NCBI GenBank assembly: GCA_022843325.1 | Contig: JALHNV010000008.1 | Coordinates: 5,665 to 69,664, forward strand | From: Pseudolabrys sp. | Lineage (GTDB): Bacteria; Pseudomonadota; Alphaproteobacteria; Rhizobiales; Xanthobacteraceae | Direction: 5' to 3' | DNA: 64,000 nt | Shown: positions 9,296 through 17,633 of the stretch, in pieces | How the letters are laid out: every line of letters starts with the position of its first letter | How positions within the stretch are numbered: the first letter of the stretch is position 1 | Made by a program: the position numbers and the translations under genes | Notes under the pieces: generated by a model | The model's database searches: none | Told to the model about the DNA's origin: nothing | Seen by the model: the letters and a program-made list of their open reading frames with translations, nothing else

Positions 9296-9844
9296 CTAGC
9301 GCACGACACCCGACAGGCAACATGGCTTGCGCCGGGGCGGCGTGATCCGGTCCTTGAGAAAGCAACGTGCGGTTTGGCCGATGTATCCGGGCCGGACATA
9401 GGTCCAGGCGCGACATTTGTTCTCACCCTCGCAGGCGGCCCTGCAGGCGGCTGCGGTCGGGTCAGGCGCCATGTCGAAATCGCGATAGTCGCCGCCGAGC
9501 CGGTCGATCGAGGATTCGATCGCGTTTGCGCGCGGCTCATCGACGGCGGCGCCGCGCACGCCGGAGACGCAGCATTTGGCGGCGACCGGTGGCGGCACGG
9601 ACGATTTCAGCCAGCAGGTGGCCTGCGCATTGGCGGTGCGCGGGTAGGAGAAGCTCCAGGCCCGGCAGCGCCCTTCGCGTTCGCAGCGCGATGCGCATTC
9701 CGCCGGATCGCCGCTCTTGACCGGGAAGCTGGCATAGTCACCGCCGCGGCGATCGAATCCCGATTGCGCGTGCGCGGAGCCGGTCAGCCCGACAACGGCA
9801 ACCGCCAGCAACCCGGCCAAAACATAAAAGAACCGCTTCCGCAT
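9296..9844 (-). CDS. Secreted tandem PAN/apple-domain protein
   Basis: Signal peptide, then two repeats of DRxGGDY...C...C...CRAW(S/T)...C(W/F)LK...CCxSGV. Confidence 0.85.
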   Translation of the reverse strand: MRKRFFYVLAGLLAVAVVGLTGSAHAQSGFDRRGGDYASFPVKSGDPAECASRCEREGRCRAWSFSYPRTANAQATCWLKSSVPPPVAAKCCVSGVRGAAVDEPRANAIESSIDRLGGDYRDFDMAPDPTAAACRAACEGENKCRAWTYVRPGYIGQTARCFLKDRITPPRRKPCCLSGVVR

Positions 9845-9943
9845 GCTTAACCGCCAGCCTGAGCCCAACGGCAGTATCGTAACGCAGGGGGACGATCCCG
9901 GCGCGCACATTCTCGGCATCGGTGATTGCAGGCGGAAAATTTT

Positions 9944-10037
9944 GCGCCCGCCGGAGGGGCCGGCGGGCGCTTGATCCGGCCGCGAGAGGGGATATTCGCG
10001 GCGGCGGATCGGGCGGCCGGCGAGAGGGCACCGGCCG
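9944..10037 (-). ncRNA. Candidate 3'-UTR-derived sRNA: three hairpins with C/U-rich loops (cuckoo/CcsR-like)
   Basis: Stems 10014-10037, 9973-10010 and 9944-9970 with minus-strand loops UGCCCUCUCG, AUAUCCCCUC and CCCCU, starting 11 nt after the DUF1127 stop. Confidence 0.5.
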
Positions 10038-10048
10038 TTTCGGTAAAC

Positions 10049-10420
10049 TCAGAAGGCGAGCCGCGCCGGCCGGTCGGTGGCCGGACGGCTGAAACCGCTC
10101 TCCGCCGCCGCGGGCTCCCGCGGCGCCAGCGCCGGGGCCGCCAGGACGCGGTTCATGCGGCGCTCGATGGCGCGCTCGCGCAACAGCGCGGTCGGGTCCT
10201 CCCAGAACGGTTCGGAGAAGGCATCCCGCACATCGGCGCGTGTCAGGCCGATGTCGGCGAGCATGTGGCGGTCCAGCGCCGCCAGCACCCGGGCATCGCG
10301 GCGGTTGCGCTGGGCCTGGGCCAGACGCTTGAGCCAGTGAGTCACCAGCGCGAGAACCGAGGCGAAGCCCCGCAGGAGAGTGCTGCCGGCGATCGGCAAA
10401 ACGGGAAAATGAACGGTCAT
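10049..10420 (-). CDS. DUF1127 (YjiS-like) domain protein
   Basis: RRDARVLAALDRHMLADIGLTRADV signature. Confidence 0.88.
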   Translation of the reverse strand: MTVHFPVLPIAGSTLLRGFASVLALVTHWLKRLAQAQRNRRDARVLAALDRHMLADIGLTRADVRDAFSEPFWEDPTALLRERAIERRMNRVLAAPALAPREPAAAESGFSRPATDRPARLAF

Positions 10421-10616
10421 GTCAGGCTCCATCAATCGCGGTTTGAAGCGGCAAATTCGCTGTGCCCGCCCACCGCAACCACCCGAAACCGGCACCCGAT
10501 TCCTGCGTGGTCGCGTCTGTATGCGCCGGGGCTATTGATTAGTGAAACGAATGTTTTTAATCTGATTGATCAGCAATAGTGATGCGGCGCCAAAGGCCGA
10601 AAATACGGATTTTCCC

Positions 10617-11495
10617 ATGACCGCCCTGCTCGACGTCGATCAGTTGCGCACCTTCATCGCCATCGCCGAAAGCGGCAGCTTCACGCGGGCCGCGGAGGTG
10701 GTGAACAAGACCCAGTCCGCCGTCTCGATGCAGATGAAGCGGCTGGAAGAGCGGCTGGAGCGGCCAATCTTTGCCCGCGACGGCCGCGCCTCGAAGCTCA
10801 CCGAAGACGGCCAACGCCTGCTCGATTACGCCCGCCGCATCGTCAAGCTGAACGTTGAAACCATCGCCGCCTTCTCCGACGCCGAACTGTCGGGCCGGGT
10901 GCGGCTGGGCGTGCCCGACGATTATGCCGACCGTTACCTGCCCGAGATCATGGCGCGCTTTTCCAGGGCCTACCCCGGCGTTGAACTGACCGTGATCTGC
11001 GAGCCGTCGGTCGATCTCCTGGAGCGCATCGACGCGCACGAGATCGATCTGGCCATCGTCACCAATTGCGACAGCAAGCGTCCGTCGGAGCCATTCCGCC
11101 GCGAGCGGCTGCTGTGGGTGACGTCGAACCGCCATCCGACCCATCTCGAAGAGCCGCTGCCGGTCGCACTGGGACGGCCGACCTGCAGCTGGCGGCGCAT
11201 TGCGATCGAGCGGCTGGAGGCGGTTGGACGGCCTCACCGCGTTTTGTATTCGAGTTCGAACGCCGGCGCGGTCGCGGCTGCAGTGCTGGCGGGCCTTGCG
11301 GTCTCGGTGCTGGCCGAATCCGGCTTGCGGCCCGGCATGCGCGTGCTGACGGCGGCGGAAGGTTTCCCCGAATTGCCGGCCTGCCGCGTCGGCCTGGTGC
11401 GCAGCCCGCACGAAGGCTCGACGCTGGCCGACGCCTTGGCCGAACACATCATCTCGTCGCTCGACAACCTGTCGGAAGCGCAGGCGGCGGAGTAG
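10617..11495 (+). CDS. LysR-family transcriptional regulator, divergent from DUF1127
   Basis: GSFTRAAEVVNKTQSAVSMQMKRLEE HTH plus substrate-binding domain; AT-rich intergenic segment 10530-10580 is a plausible operator region. Confidence 0.93.
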   Translation: MTALLDVDQLRTFIAIAESGSFTRAAEVVNKTQSAVSMQMKRLEERLERPIFARDGRASKLTEDGQRLLDYARRIVKLNVETIAAFSDAELSGRVRLGVPDDYADRYLPEIMARFSRAYPGVELTVICEPSVDLLERIDAHEIDLAIVTNCDSKRPSEPFRRERLLWVTSNRHPTHLEEPLPVALGRPTCSWRRIAIERLEAVGRPHRVLYSSSNAGAVAAAVLAGLAVSVLAESGLRPGMRVLTAAEGFPELPACRVGLVRSPHEGSTLADALAEHIISSLDNLSEAQAAE

Positions 11496-11499
11496 ACTC

Positions 11500-11531
11500 C
11501 TTCCCTCTCCCCGCAAGCGGGGAGAGGGAAG
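11500..11531. repeat. REP-like palindrome (family C) between convergent lysR and ybaK
   Basis: CTTCCCTCTCCCCGC-AA-GCGGGGAGAGGGAAG perfect inverted repeat. Confidence 0.8.
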
Positions 11532-11535
11532 TCAG

Positions 11536-12006
11536 TCAGCAAATCTCGGCCGCCTTGGCGTCCAGCACCCGCACCACATCCGCCGGCGCCAGTTCGACCT
11601 GCAAGCCGCGCCGGCCGCCGTTGACGACGATGCGCTCGAAGGCAAGCGTCGACTGCTCGATGAACACCCGCGCCCGCTTCTTCTGGCCGAAGGCCGATAT
11701 GCCGCCGACGTGATAGCCGGTAATGCGCTCGGCCTCCGCCGCACCGAGCATCGCCGCGCTCTTGGCGCCGGCTGCGGCGGCGAGCTTCTTCAGGTTCACC
11801 TCGCGATCGGACGGTGCCAGCACGCACACGACGTCATTGCCCGCCTTGGCCATCAAGGTTTTCAACAGCCGGGCCGGCTCGATGCCCAGCGCCTCGGCGG
11901 CCTGCATGCCGATGCGCTCGGCGTTCGGGTCGTAGTCATATTCGTGCAGACGGAAGGCGACTTTGGCCTTCTCGAGCGCGAGCGTGGCGGGCGTGGATTT
12001 GGCCAT
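11536..12006 (-). CDS. ybaK: Cys-tRNA(Pro) deacylase
   Basis: LLKTL, TGYHVGGISAFGQKK, NGGRRGLQVEL. Confidence 0.92.
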   Translation of the reverse strand: MAKSTPATLALEKAKVAFRLHEYDYDPNAERIGMQAAEALGIEPARLLKTLMAKAGNDVVCVLAPSDREVNLKKLAAAAGAKSAAMLGAAEAERITGYHVGGISAFGQKKRARVFIEQSTLAFERIVVNGGRRGLQVELAPADVVRVLDAKAAEIC

Positions 12007-12025
12007 TGGCGCTTACCCCGTATCT

Positions 12026-12110
12026 CGTCATGGCCGGCCTTGTCCCGGCCATCCATGACTTACTTCGGATCAGCAAGACGTGGATGCCCGGCACAAGGCC
12101 GGGCATGACG
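12026..12110. repeat. REP-like double-hairpin element (family A)
   Basis: CGTCATGGCCGGCCTTGTCCCGGCCATCCA...TGGATGCCCGGCACAAGGCCGGGCATGACG; related copies at 17456, 22499 and 48924. Confidence 0.88.
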
Positions 12111-12136
12111 GCGGAGAGACCGGCGCTCGCCGCCCC

Positions 12137-13507
12137 TCAATACATATAGTCTTCGTAAATGCGGTCGACATTGCCGCCCCACTCGCCGTGGTACTTCTCG
12201 AGCAATTCCTCGGCCGGCGTGATGCCGCGCGCGATCGATTCCTCCAGCGGCCGCAGATAGCGCGTCTCGTCGCGGCCGTTGCGGTCGAGATTCTTGCGCC
12301 GCGCCAAGCCGCGCGAGGCCAGCCGCAGCGTTTCCTGCGCCAGCGTCAGGACGTTGCGGCCGCGGATCTCGGCCTTGAAGCCGAGCTTCGGCACGTCGTC
12401 GCGCAACTTCTGCCGCTCTTCGGCGGTCCAGTCCTTGACCATGTCCCAGCAGGCGTTGAGCGCATCGTCGTCGTAGAACAGGCCGACCCAATAGGCCGAC
12501 AGCGACGGCAGCCGGCGCCACGGTCCGCCGTCGGCGCCGCGCATTTCCAGATACCGCTTCAGCCGCACCTCGGGAAAAATCGTGCTGAGGTGATTGGCCC
12601 AGTCGGAAATGGTCGGCCGCTCGCCCGGCAGTACGTCGAGCTTGCCGGCGAAGAAGTCCTTGAAGGACTTGCCCGAGACGTCGATGTAGCTGTCGCCGCG
12701 CTTGATGAAATACATCGGCACGCCGAGCGCGTAGTCGACATAGCGCTCGAAGCCCATGCCGTCTTCGAACGTCCACGGCAGCATGCCGGCGCGGTTGTTG
12801 TCGGTGTCGGTCCAGATCTGCGAGCGCATCGACAGGAAGCCGTTCGGCTTGCCTTCGGTGAACGGCGAATTGGCGAACAGCGCGGTGGCGACCGGCTGCA
12901 ACGCCAGTGACACGCGCAACTTTTTCACCATGTCGGCTTCGGAGGAGAAGTCGAGGTTCGCCTGCACCGTGCAGGTCCGGTACATCATGTCGAGGCCGTA
13001 GGAGCCGACCTTCGGCATGTAATTGGTCATGATCTTGTAGCGGCCTTTCGGCATGACCGGCATATCGTCCCGGCTCCAGTTCGGCGTCATGCCGAGGCCG
13101 AGAAAGCCGATGCCGAGCGGCTTGGCGACTTCGCGCACCTGCGCCAGATGGGCGAACAATTCGGACGCGGTCTGGTGCACGGTCTCGACCGGCGCGCCGG
13201 ACAGTTCGAACTGGCCGCCCGGCTCCAGCGAGATCGCGCCGCCGCCGGTGACGTCGAACATGCCGATGATGTTCTCGCCCTCCATGATCGGCTCCCAGCC
13301 GAGCAAGGTGTGCATGCCTTCCAGCAGCGCGTGGATGCTGCGCCGGCCTGAATAAGGCACGGGGCGATGGCCTTCGATGGTGAAGGCGAATTTCTCATGC
13401 TCGGTGCCGACGCGGAACTGCGCCTTCGGCTTGCAGCCCGCTGCGAGCCAGGCGACGAGTTCGTCGCGTGTCTCGATGGGGGTCATGTCGATCTGGTCGC
13501 GCGCCAT
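12137..13507 (-). CDS. gshA: Glutamate--cysteine ligase (alphaproteobacterial/plant type)
   Basis: GTEHEKF, SLEPGGQFELSG, TCTVQANLD, FPEVRLKRYLEMRGAD. Confidence 0.95.
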   Translation of the reverse strand: MARDQIDMTPIETRDELVAWLAAGCKPKAQFRVGTEHEKFAFTIEGHRPVPYSGRRSIHALLEGMHTLLGWEPIMEGENIIGMFDVTGGGAISLEPGGQFELSGAPVETVHQTASELFAHLAQVREVAKPLGIGFLGLGMTPNWSRDDMPVMPKGRYKIMTNYMPKVGSYGLDMMYRTCTVQANLDFSSEADMVKKLRVSLALQPVATALFANSPFTEGKPNGFLSMRSQIWTDTDNNRAGMLPWTFEDGMGFERYVDYALGVPMYFIKRGDSYIDVSGKSFKDFFAGKLDVLPGERPTISDWANHLSTIFPEVRLKRYLEMRGADGGPWRRLPSLSAYWVGLFYDDDALNACWDMVKDWTAEERQKLRDDVPKLGFKAEIRGRNVLTLAQETLRLASRGLARRKNLDRNGRDETRYLRPLEESIARGITPAEELLEKYHGEWGGNVDRIYEDYMY

Positions 13508-13575
13508 GCAGGGTCCGGCAAAATTTCGCCGCGACCTTAATCATGAGACGGCCGAAAGGGCAATGCGGGCAGGCG

Positions 13576-14283
13576 CTAGGCGGTCAAGGCGTTTTCGCGG
13601 GGCCACAGCAGCCGCGCGGCGGCGACCGCGACCAGCATGCCTGTCAGTTGGGCCAGGACGAAAGCCGGCACGCCGGCCGGCGCAATACCGGCAAAGGTGT
13701 CGGACAAGGCTCGCGCAATCGTGACCGCCGGATTGGCGAACGATGTCGAGGCGGTGAACCAGTAGGCCGCGGTGATGTAGAGGCCGACCGCATAGGGCGC
13801 GGCGAGCGGCGCCCGCGCAAGACAACCGAAGATCGTCAGCAGAAGCCCGAACGTGGCGATCGCCTCGGCGAACCATTGCGGCGGCCCGGAGCGCACCTTC
13901 ATCGACAGCTGCACCAGTGGCAGATCGAACATGGCATGCGCGGCCAGCACACCGACAATTCCGCCGGCGACCTGCGCGGCAATATAAGCCAACACATCGC
14001 CGCGGACGAACTCGCCGCGCAAGGCGAAGGCGAGCGTCACCGCGGGATTGAAATGCGCGCCCGACACCGGGCCGAAGATCAGGATCAGCACGACGAGCAT
14101 CGCACCGGTCGGCAACGTATTGCCGAGAAGGGCCAGTGCCACGTTTCCGCCGGCAAGATTGTCGGCCATGATGCCGGAGCCGACCACCGCCGCGAGCAGA
14201 AACGCCGTGCCGAGCGCTTCGGCGAACAGACGGCGTGGCAGAGGCGCTTCGCTCACGACACAATCCGGTTGCGGCTGCTGCAT
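13576..14283 (-). CDS. MIP/aquaporin, AqpS-like arsenite channel
   Basis: Two NPA boxes (HFNPAVT, FANPAVT); last gene of the ars operon. Start is ATG 14283 or GTG 14256. Confidence 0.88.
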   Translation of the reverse strand: MQQPQPDCVVSEAPLPRRLFAEALGTAFLLAAVVGSGIMADNLAGGNVALALLGNTLPTGAMLVVLILIFGPVSGAHFNPAVTLAFALRGEFVRGDVLAYIAAQVAGGIVGVLAAHAMFDLPLVQLSMKVRSGPPQWFAEAIATFGLLLTIFGCLARAPLAAPYAVGLYITAAYWFTASTSFANPAVTIARALSDTFAGIAPAGVPAFVLAQLTGMLVAVAAARLLWPRENALTA

Positions 14284-14290
14284 ACTCCGC

Positions 14291-14356
14291 TCATTCCCGC
14301 GCAAGCGGGAATCCAGCTTCGTTAGTCTGGGTCCCCGCTTTCGCGGGGACGAACGG
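14291..14356. repeat. REP-like element (family B) overlapping the arsC 3' end
   Basis: TCATTCCCGCGCAAGCGGGAATCCAG...CTGGGTCCCCGCTTTCGCGGGGACGA double hairpin. Confidence 0.85.
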
Positions 14357-14854
14357 AGACTGCGCAGCACCGATATCCTTGAGCCGTTTGTGAAGCACCA
14401 TCTTGTCGAGCCTGGCGAGTGGCAGCGCCAGAAACAATTCGATGCGGCGGCTGAGCATGCGATAGGCGTCCCTGAACGCCAGCGCGATTTCCGCCTCGGT
14501 ACCGGTCGCGGCCGCCGGATCCGGCACGCCCCAATGCGCCGTCATCGGCTGGCCCGGCCACACCGGGCAGGATTCGCCGGCCGCGTCGTCGCAAACGGTG
14601 AAGACGAAATCCATCTCCGGCGCATTCTGCTGCGCGAACTCAGCCCAGCTCTTGGAACGGAAGCCGGCCACGTCATACCCAAGACTGCGCAGCAGCTTGA
14701 GCGTGCCGGGATTGACCGCGCCTTTCGGCTGGCTGCCGGCGCTGAAAGCGCGGAAGCGGTCTTTGCCTTCGCGGTTGAGGATGGCTTCGGCGATCACCGA
14801 GCGCGCCGAATTGCCGGTGCAGAGGAACAGTACGTTATAGATGCGGTCCGACAT
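14291..14854 (-). CDS. arsC: Arsenate reductase, LMW-PTP fold
   Basis: FLCTGNSARS P-loop, TVCD...ESCP, HWGVPDP. Confidence 0.92.
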   Translation of the reverse strand: MSDRIYNVLFLCTGNSARSVIAEAILNREGKDRFRAFSAGSQPKGAVNPGTLKLLRSLGYDVAGFRSKSWAEFAQQNAPEMDFVFTVCDDAAGESCPVWPGQPMTAHWGVPDPAAATGTEAEIALAFRDAYRMLSRRIELFLALPLARLDKMVLHKRLKDIGAAQSPFVPAKAGTQTNEAGFPLARE

Positions 14855-14867
14855 CGAGATTTCCCGA

Positions 14868-15218
14868 TCACACGGTTTGCTTGCTGCGTTTGGCGGAAGG
14901 CTTGCAGGCCGCGACCGGCGCGCATTGTTCGGGCGCGCCGCCACAGCAATTATCGGTGAGATAGGCGACCAGCGCGTTCATCGTCTCGAAGCGCGCGGCG
15001 TAGATCATCGAGCGGCCGTCGCGGCGCACGGTGACCAGACCGGCCGCGCGCAGACGGTCGAAGTGAAAGGTCAGCGTGTTCGGCGCAAGTTCAAGCGTGT
15101 CGGCGATCGCGCCCGCGGACAGGCCGTCGGGGCCCGCCTGCACCAGCAGGCGATAGACGCCGAGACGATTGTCCTGCGCCAGGGCGGCAAGCGCCGCGAC
15201 CGCATCTGACTGTTCCAT
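14868..15218 (-). CDS. arsR: ArsR/SmtB-family As(III)-responsive repressor
   Basis: ALAQDNRL...HTH...LTDNCCGG C-terminal Cys pair; heads the ars operon. Confidence 0.92.
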   Translation of the reverse strand: MEQSDAVAALAALAQDNRLGVYRLLVQAGPDGLSAGAIADTLELAPNTLTFHFDRLRAAGLVTVRRDGRSMIYAARFETMNALVAYLTDNCCGGAPEQCAPVAACKPSAKRSKQTV

Positions 15219-15238
15219 ATTTCAACGAATATTGAAAT
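15219..15238. promoter_or_regulatory. Putative ArsR operator
   Basis: ATTTCAA-cgaata-TTGAAAT inverted repeat abutting the arsR ATG. Confidence 0.65.
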
Positions 15239-15358
15239 GAAAACGGTGAGTCAAGCGCTCGAATGAACCGGACAGGTCCGAGGCGGCCATGCGCGCGCGG
15301 CCCTGTTGTTTGAAAGGCCCGGGCCGGCCTGCCCCCTTTTTCCTTCCCTTGCAGGGAA

Positions 15359-15509
15359 TGGAGCGCCGGGAGGCGCCAGGGGTTTGCGAGACCCCTTCTG
15401 GCGAGGCTTGCGAGGCCCCGCCGCACGCCGGACCGGAACAGGTTTGCGAGACCTGTTCCGGAGGCGCGCGCCGGCCCGCGCCGAGTTGGCGAGACCCGAG
15501 GCGGCGGCG
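15359..15509. repeat. 151-bp multibranched palindromic element (family D, MITE/REPIN-like or structured RNA)
   Basis: 18-bp perfect terminal inverted repeat TGGAGCGCCGGGAGGCGC enclosing four hairpins with (T/G)GCGA loops. Confidence 0.75.
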
Positions 15510-15768
15510 CTGCGCCTCCCGGCGCTCCACCATCGAACCGGCCACCGGCCGGCCCTAAATCACGAGGCGCATTGTCGGCACCCCGCCCTGTCCCGCCGCC
15601 CGGTGCGTCATGACACGCCGGTCGCACGGCAAAGAGACTGGGAATATATGCAGGAACGCCGCGGACAGTCACGACTATAATCCTTTCGACGGTCCGGCCC
15701 CACCGGGCAGCCTGCGCGCCGCCGGCGTGGCAATGGTGCTGGGCAAAACCGTCATGAAAGCCCGCATG

Positions 15769-15783
15769 GTTCCCATTTCGTTC
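15769..15783 (+). promoter_or_regulatory. Alphaproteobacterial LexA (SOS) box
   Basis: GTTC-ccatttc-GTTC, an exact GTTC-N7-GTTC match ending 36 nt before the helicase ATG. Confidence 0.7.
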
Positions 15784-15819
15784 TTTTGCAATCGACCGCT
15801 TTCGTCTATTGATCGGCCC

Positions 15820-16926
15820 ATGGAATTCTCACCGCACCAAGACGCCGCGCTCGAAGCGGTCGCCCGCTGGCTCAAGGACAAGCCGGGCAGCAACGGCACC
15901 CCGGCCATCTTCCGGCTGTTCGGCTATGCCGGCACCGGCAAGACCACGCTGGCGAAGCACCTGGCCGAACATGTCGACGGCGAGGTCAAGTTCGCCGCCT
16001 TCACCGGCAAGGCCGCCTCGGTGATGCGCGGCAAGGGCTGCCACGGCGCCTCGACCATCCACAGCCTGATCTACCGCGCCCGCGAGAGCGGCGAGGAAGT
16101 GCCGAACTTCGACCTGTGGGACGAGGCGCCCGCCTCCAAGGCCGAACTGATCATCATCGACGAATGCTCCATGGTCGACGCCGAACTCGGCCGCGACCTG
16201 CTGTCGTTCGGCGTGCCGCTTTTGGTGCTGGGCGATCCGGCGCAGTTGCCGCCGATCCAGGGCGGCGGCTTTTTCACCGAGGCCGAGCCCGACGTGATGC
16301 TGACCGAAGTGCATCGCCAGGCCAAGGACGACCCGATCATCCGGCTGTCCATGGACATCCGCGCCGGCGAGTATCTCGAGCCCGGCCGTTATGGCGAGAC
16401 CGAGGTCGTGCGCAAGGCGGACCTCGATCCGCAGCGCGTGCTGGAAGCCGACCAGGTGCTGGTCGGCCGCAACGCCACGCGGCGCGCCTACAACAACCGC
16501 ATGCGCGAGCGGCGCGGCTTCGAAGGCGACATGCCATCGGCCGGCGACAAGCTGGTCTGCCTGCGCAATAACCGCAAGAAGGGCCTGTTCAACGGCGGCC
16601 TGTGGTCGGTGAAGGATCGCGGCGGCCGCAAGACCGGCATCATGACCATGCGGCTGCTGCCGGACGACGAAACGGCGACGCGCGGCGTCAAGGTGTCGGT
16701 GCGGCCGGAATGCTTCACCGGCGGCATCGAGCAGATCGACTGGCAGCGCCGCAAACCCTATGACGAGTTCGACTACGGCTATGTGCTGACGGTGCACAAG
16801 GCGCAAGGCTCGCAGTGGGACGACGTGGTGCTGTTCGACGAGAGCTTCGCGTTTCAGGAGAGTCGCGAGCGCTGGCTCTATACCGGCGTCACCCGCGCGG
16901 CGAAGAAGCTCACGGTGGTGATGTAG
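15820..16926 (+). CDS. Stand-alone RecD-like SF1B ATP-dependent DNA helicase
   Basis: GYAGTGKT Walker A, IIDECSM, LGDPAQLPP, YVLTVHKAQGSQW, LYTGVTRA. Confidence 0.9.
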   Translation: MEFSPHQDAALEAVARWLKDKPGSNGTPAIFRLFGYAGTGKTTLAKHLAEHVDGEVKFAAFTGKAASVMRGKGCHGASTIHSLIYRARESGEEVPNFDLWDEAPASKAELIIIDECSMVDAELGRDLLSFGVPLLVLGDPAQLPPIQGGGFFTEAEPDVMLTEVHRQAKDDPIIRLSMDIRAGEYLEPGRYGETEVVRKADLDPQRVLEADQVLVGRNATRRAYNNRMRERRGFEGDMPSAGDKLVCLRNNRKKGLFNGGLWSVKDRGGRKTGIMTMRLLPDDETATRGVKVSVRPECFTGGIEQIDWQRRKPYDEFDYGYVLTVHKAQGSQWDDVVLFDESFAFQESRERWLYTGVTRAAKKLTVVM

Positions 16927-16938
16927 CCGGCCGTCGGG

Positions 16939-17346
16939 CTAATCCAGCCCGACGCGGTCGAAATGCCCGCGCAGCAGCTTCATGTTGCGCTTGTTGGCGC
17001 GCCACAGCACGTCGAAGGCGTCGCCGACCAGCGGCACGGCGCCGAACACAGCATCCACCGCAACATTGCCAGCCATGCGCACGACGAGATGGCGCGGCGC
17101 GCCGAGCTCGCGCGCCTGCTTGACGATGTAGAGCGACACCGCCGCGGTCGCCAGATCGCCGATGCCGGGCACCAGGCCGAACACCGCGTCGAGACCGACG
17201 GTGCGGCGTGTGCCGGGGATAACCAGCGCGGCATCCATCAAATTGGCCAGCCAGTCGAGCCGCGCCAGCGCGGCCTCGCGCGAGGCGCGGGTGTGGCGGC
17301 GCGGGCGAAACTCGTCGTCGAGGGGCATGGTGCGGCTATTGGGCAT
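16939..17346 (-). CDS. DUF4112 membrane protein
   Basis: LMDAALVIPGT...GLDAVFGLVPGIGD...GDAFDVLWRANKRN; start 17346 or 17328. Confidence 0.85.
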   Translation of the reverse strand: MPNSRTMPLDDEFRPRRHTRASREAALARLDWLANLMDAALVIPGTRRTVGLDAVFGLVPGIGDLATAAVSLYIVKQARELGAPRHLVVRMAGNVAVDAVFGAVPLVGDAFDVLWRANKRNMKLLRGHFDRVGLD

Positions 17347-17455
17347 GCCGACGCACATAGGCATGCGGCACGCCGCCGCAAGTGTTTTATGTAAAATGAC
17401 ATAAGGAGACACACATTCTGACGTCATCACCCAGTAAACGCAGGCAGTAGACTTG

Positions 17456-17572
17456 GTCATGGCCGGGCTTGACCCGGCCATCCATGAGGCCGCGCGTCAG
17501 ATGCGGGACTTTCAGCACGTCTTTGCCGCGTCGCGCTTCATCATGGATGCGCGGGTCGAGCCCGCGCATGAC
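17456..17572. repeat. REP-like element (family A, long spacer)
   Basis: GTCATGGCCGGGCTTGACCCGGCCATCCA...TGGATGCGCGGGTCGAGCCCGCGCATGAC. Confidence 0.85.
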
Positions 17573-17633
17573 GGAGAATGACGCACGCCTTACATGAGCG
17601 GCGGATAACCGAATTTTCCGGACGCAAGCGGCG

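Noticed and set aside
15610-15819. 70-codon N-terminal extension of the helicase
   Set aside because: No helicase similarity, and it contains the SOS box, so it is more likely promoter DNA.
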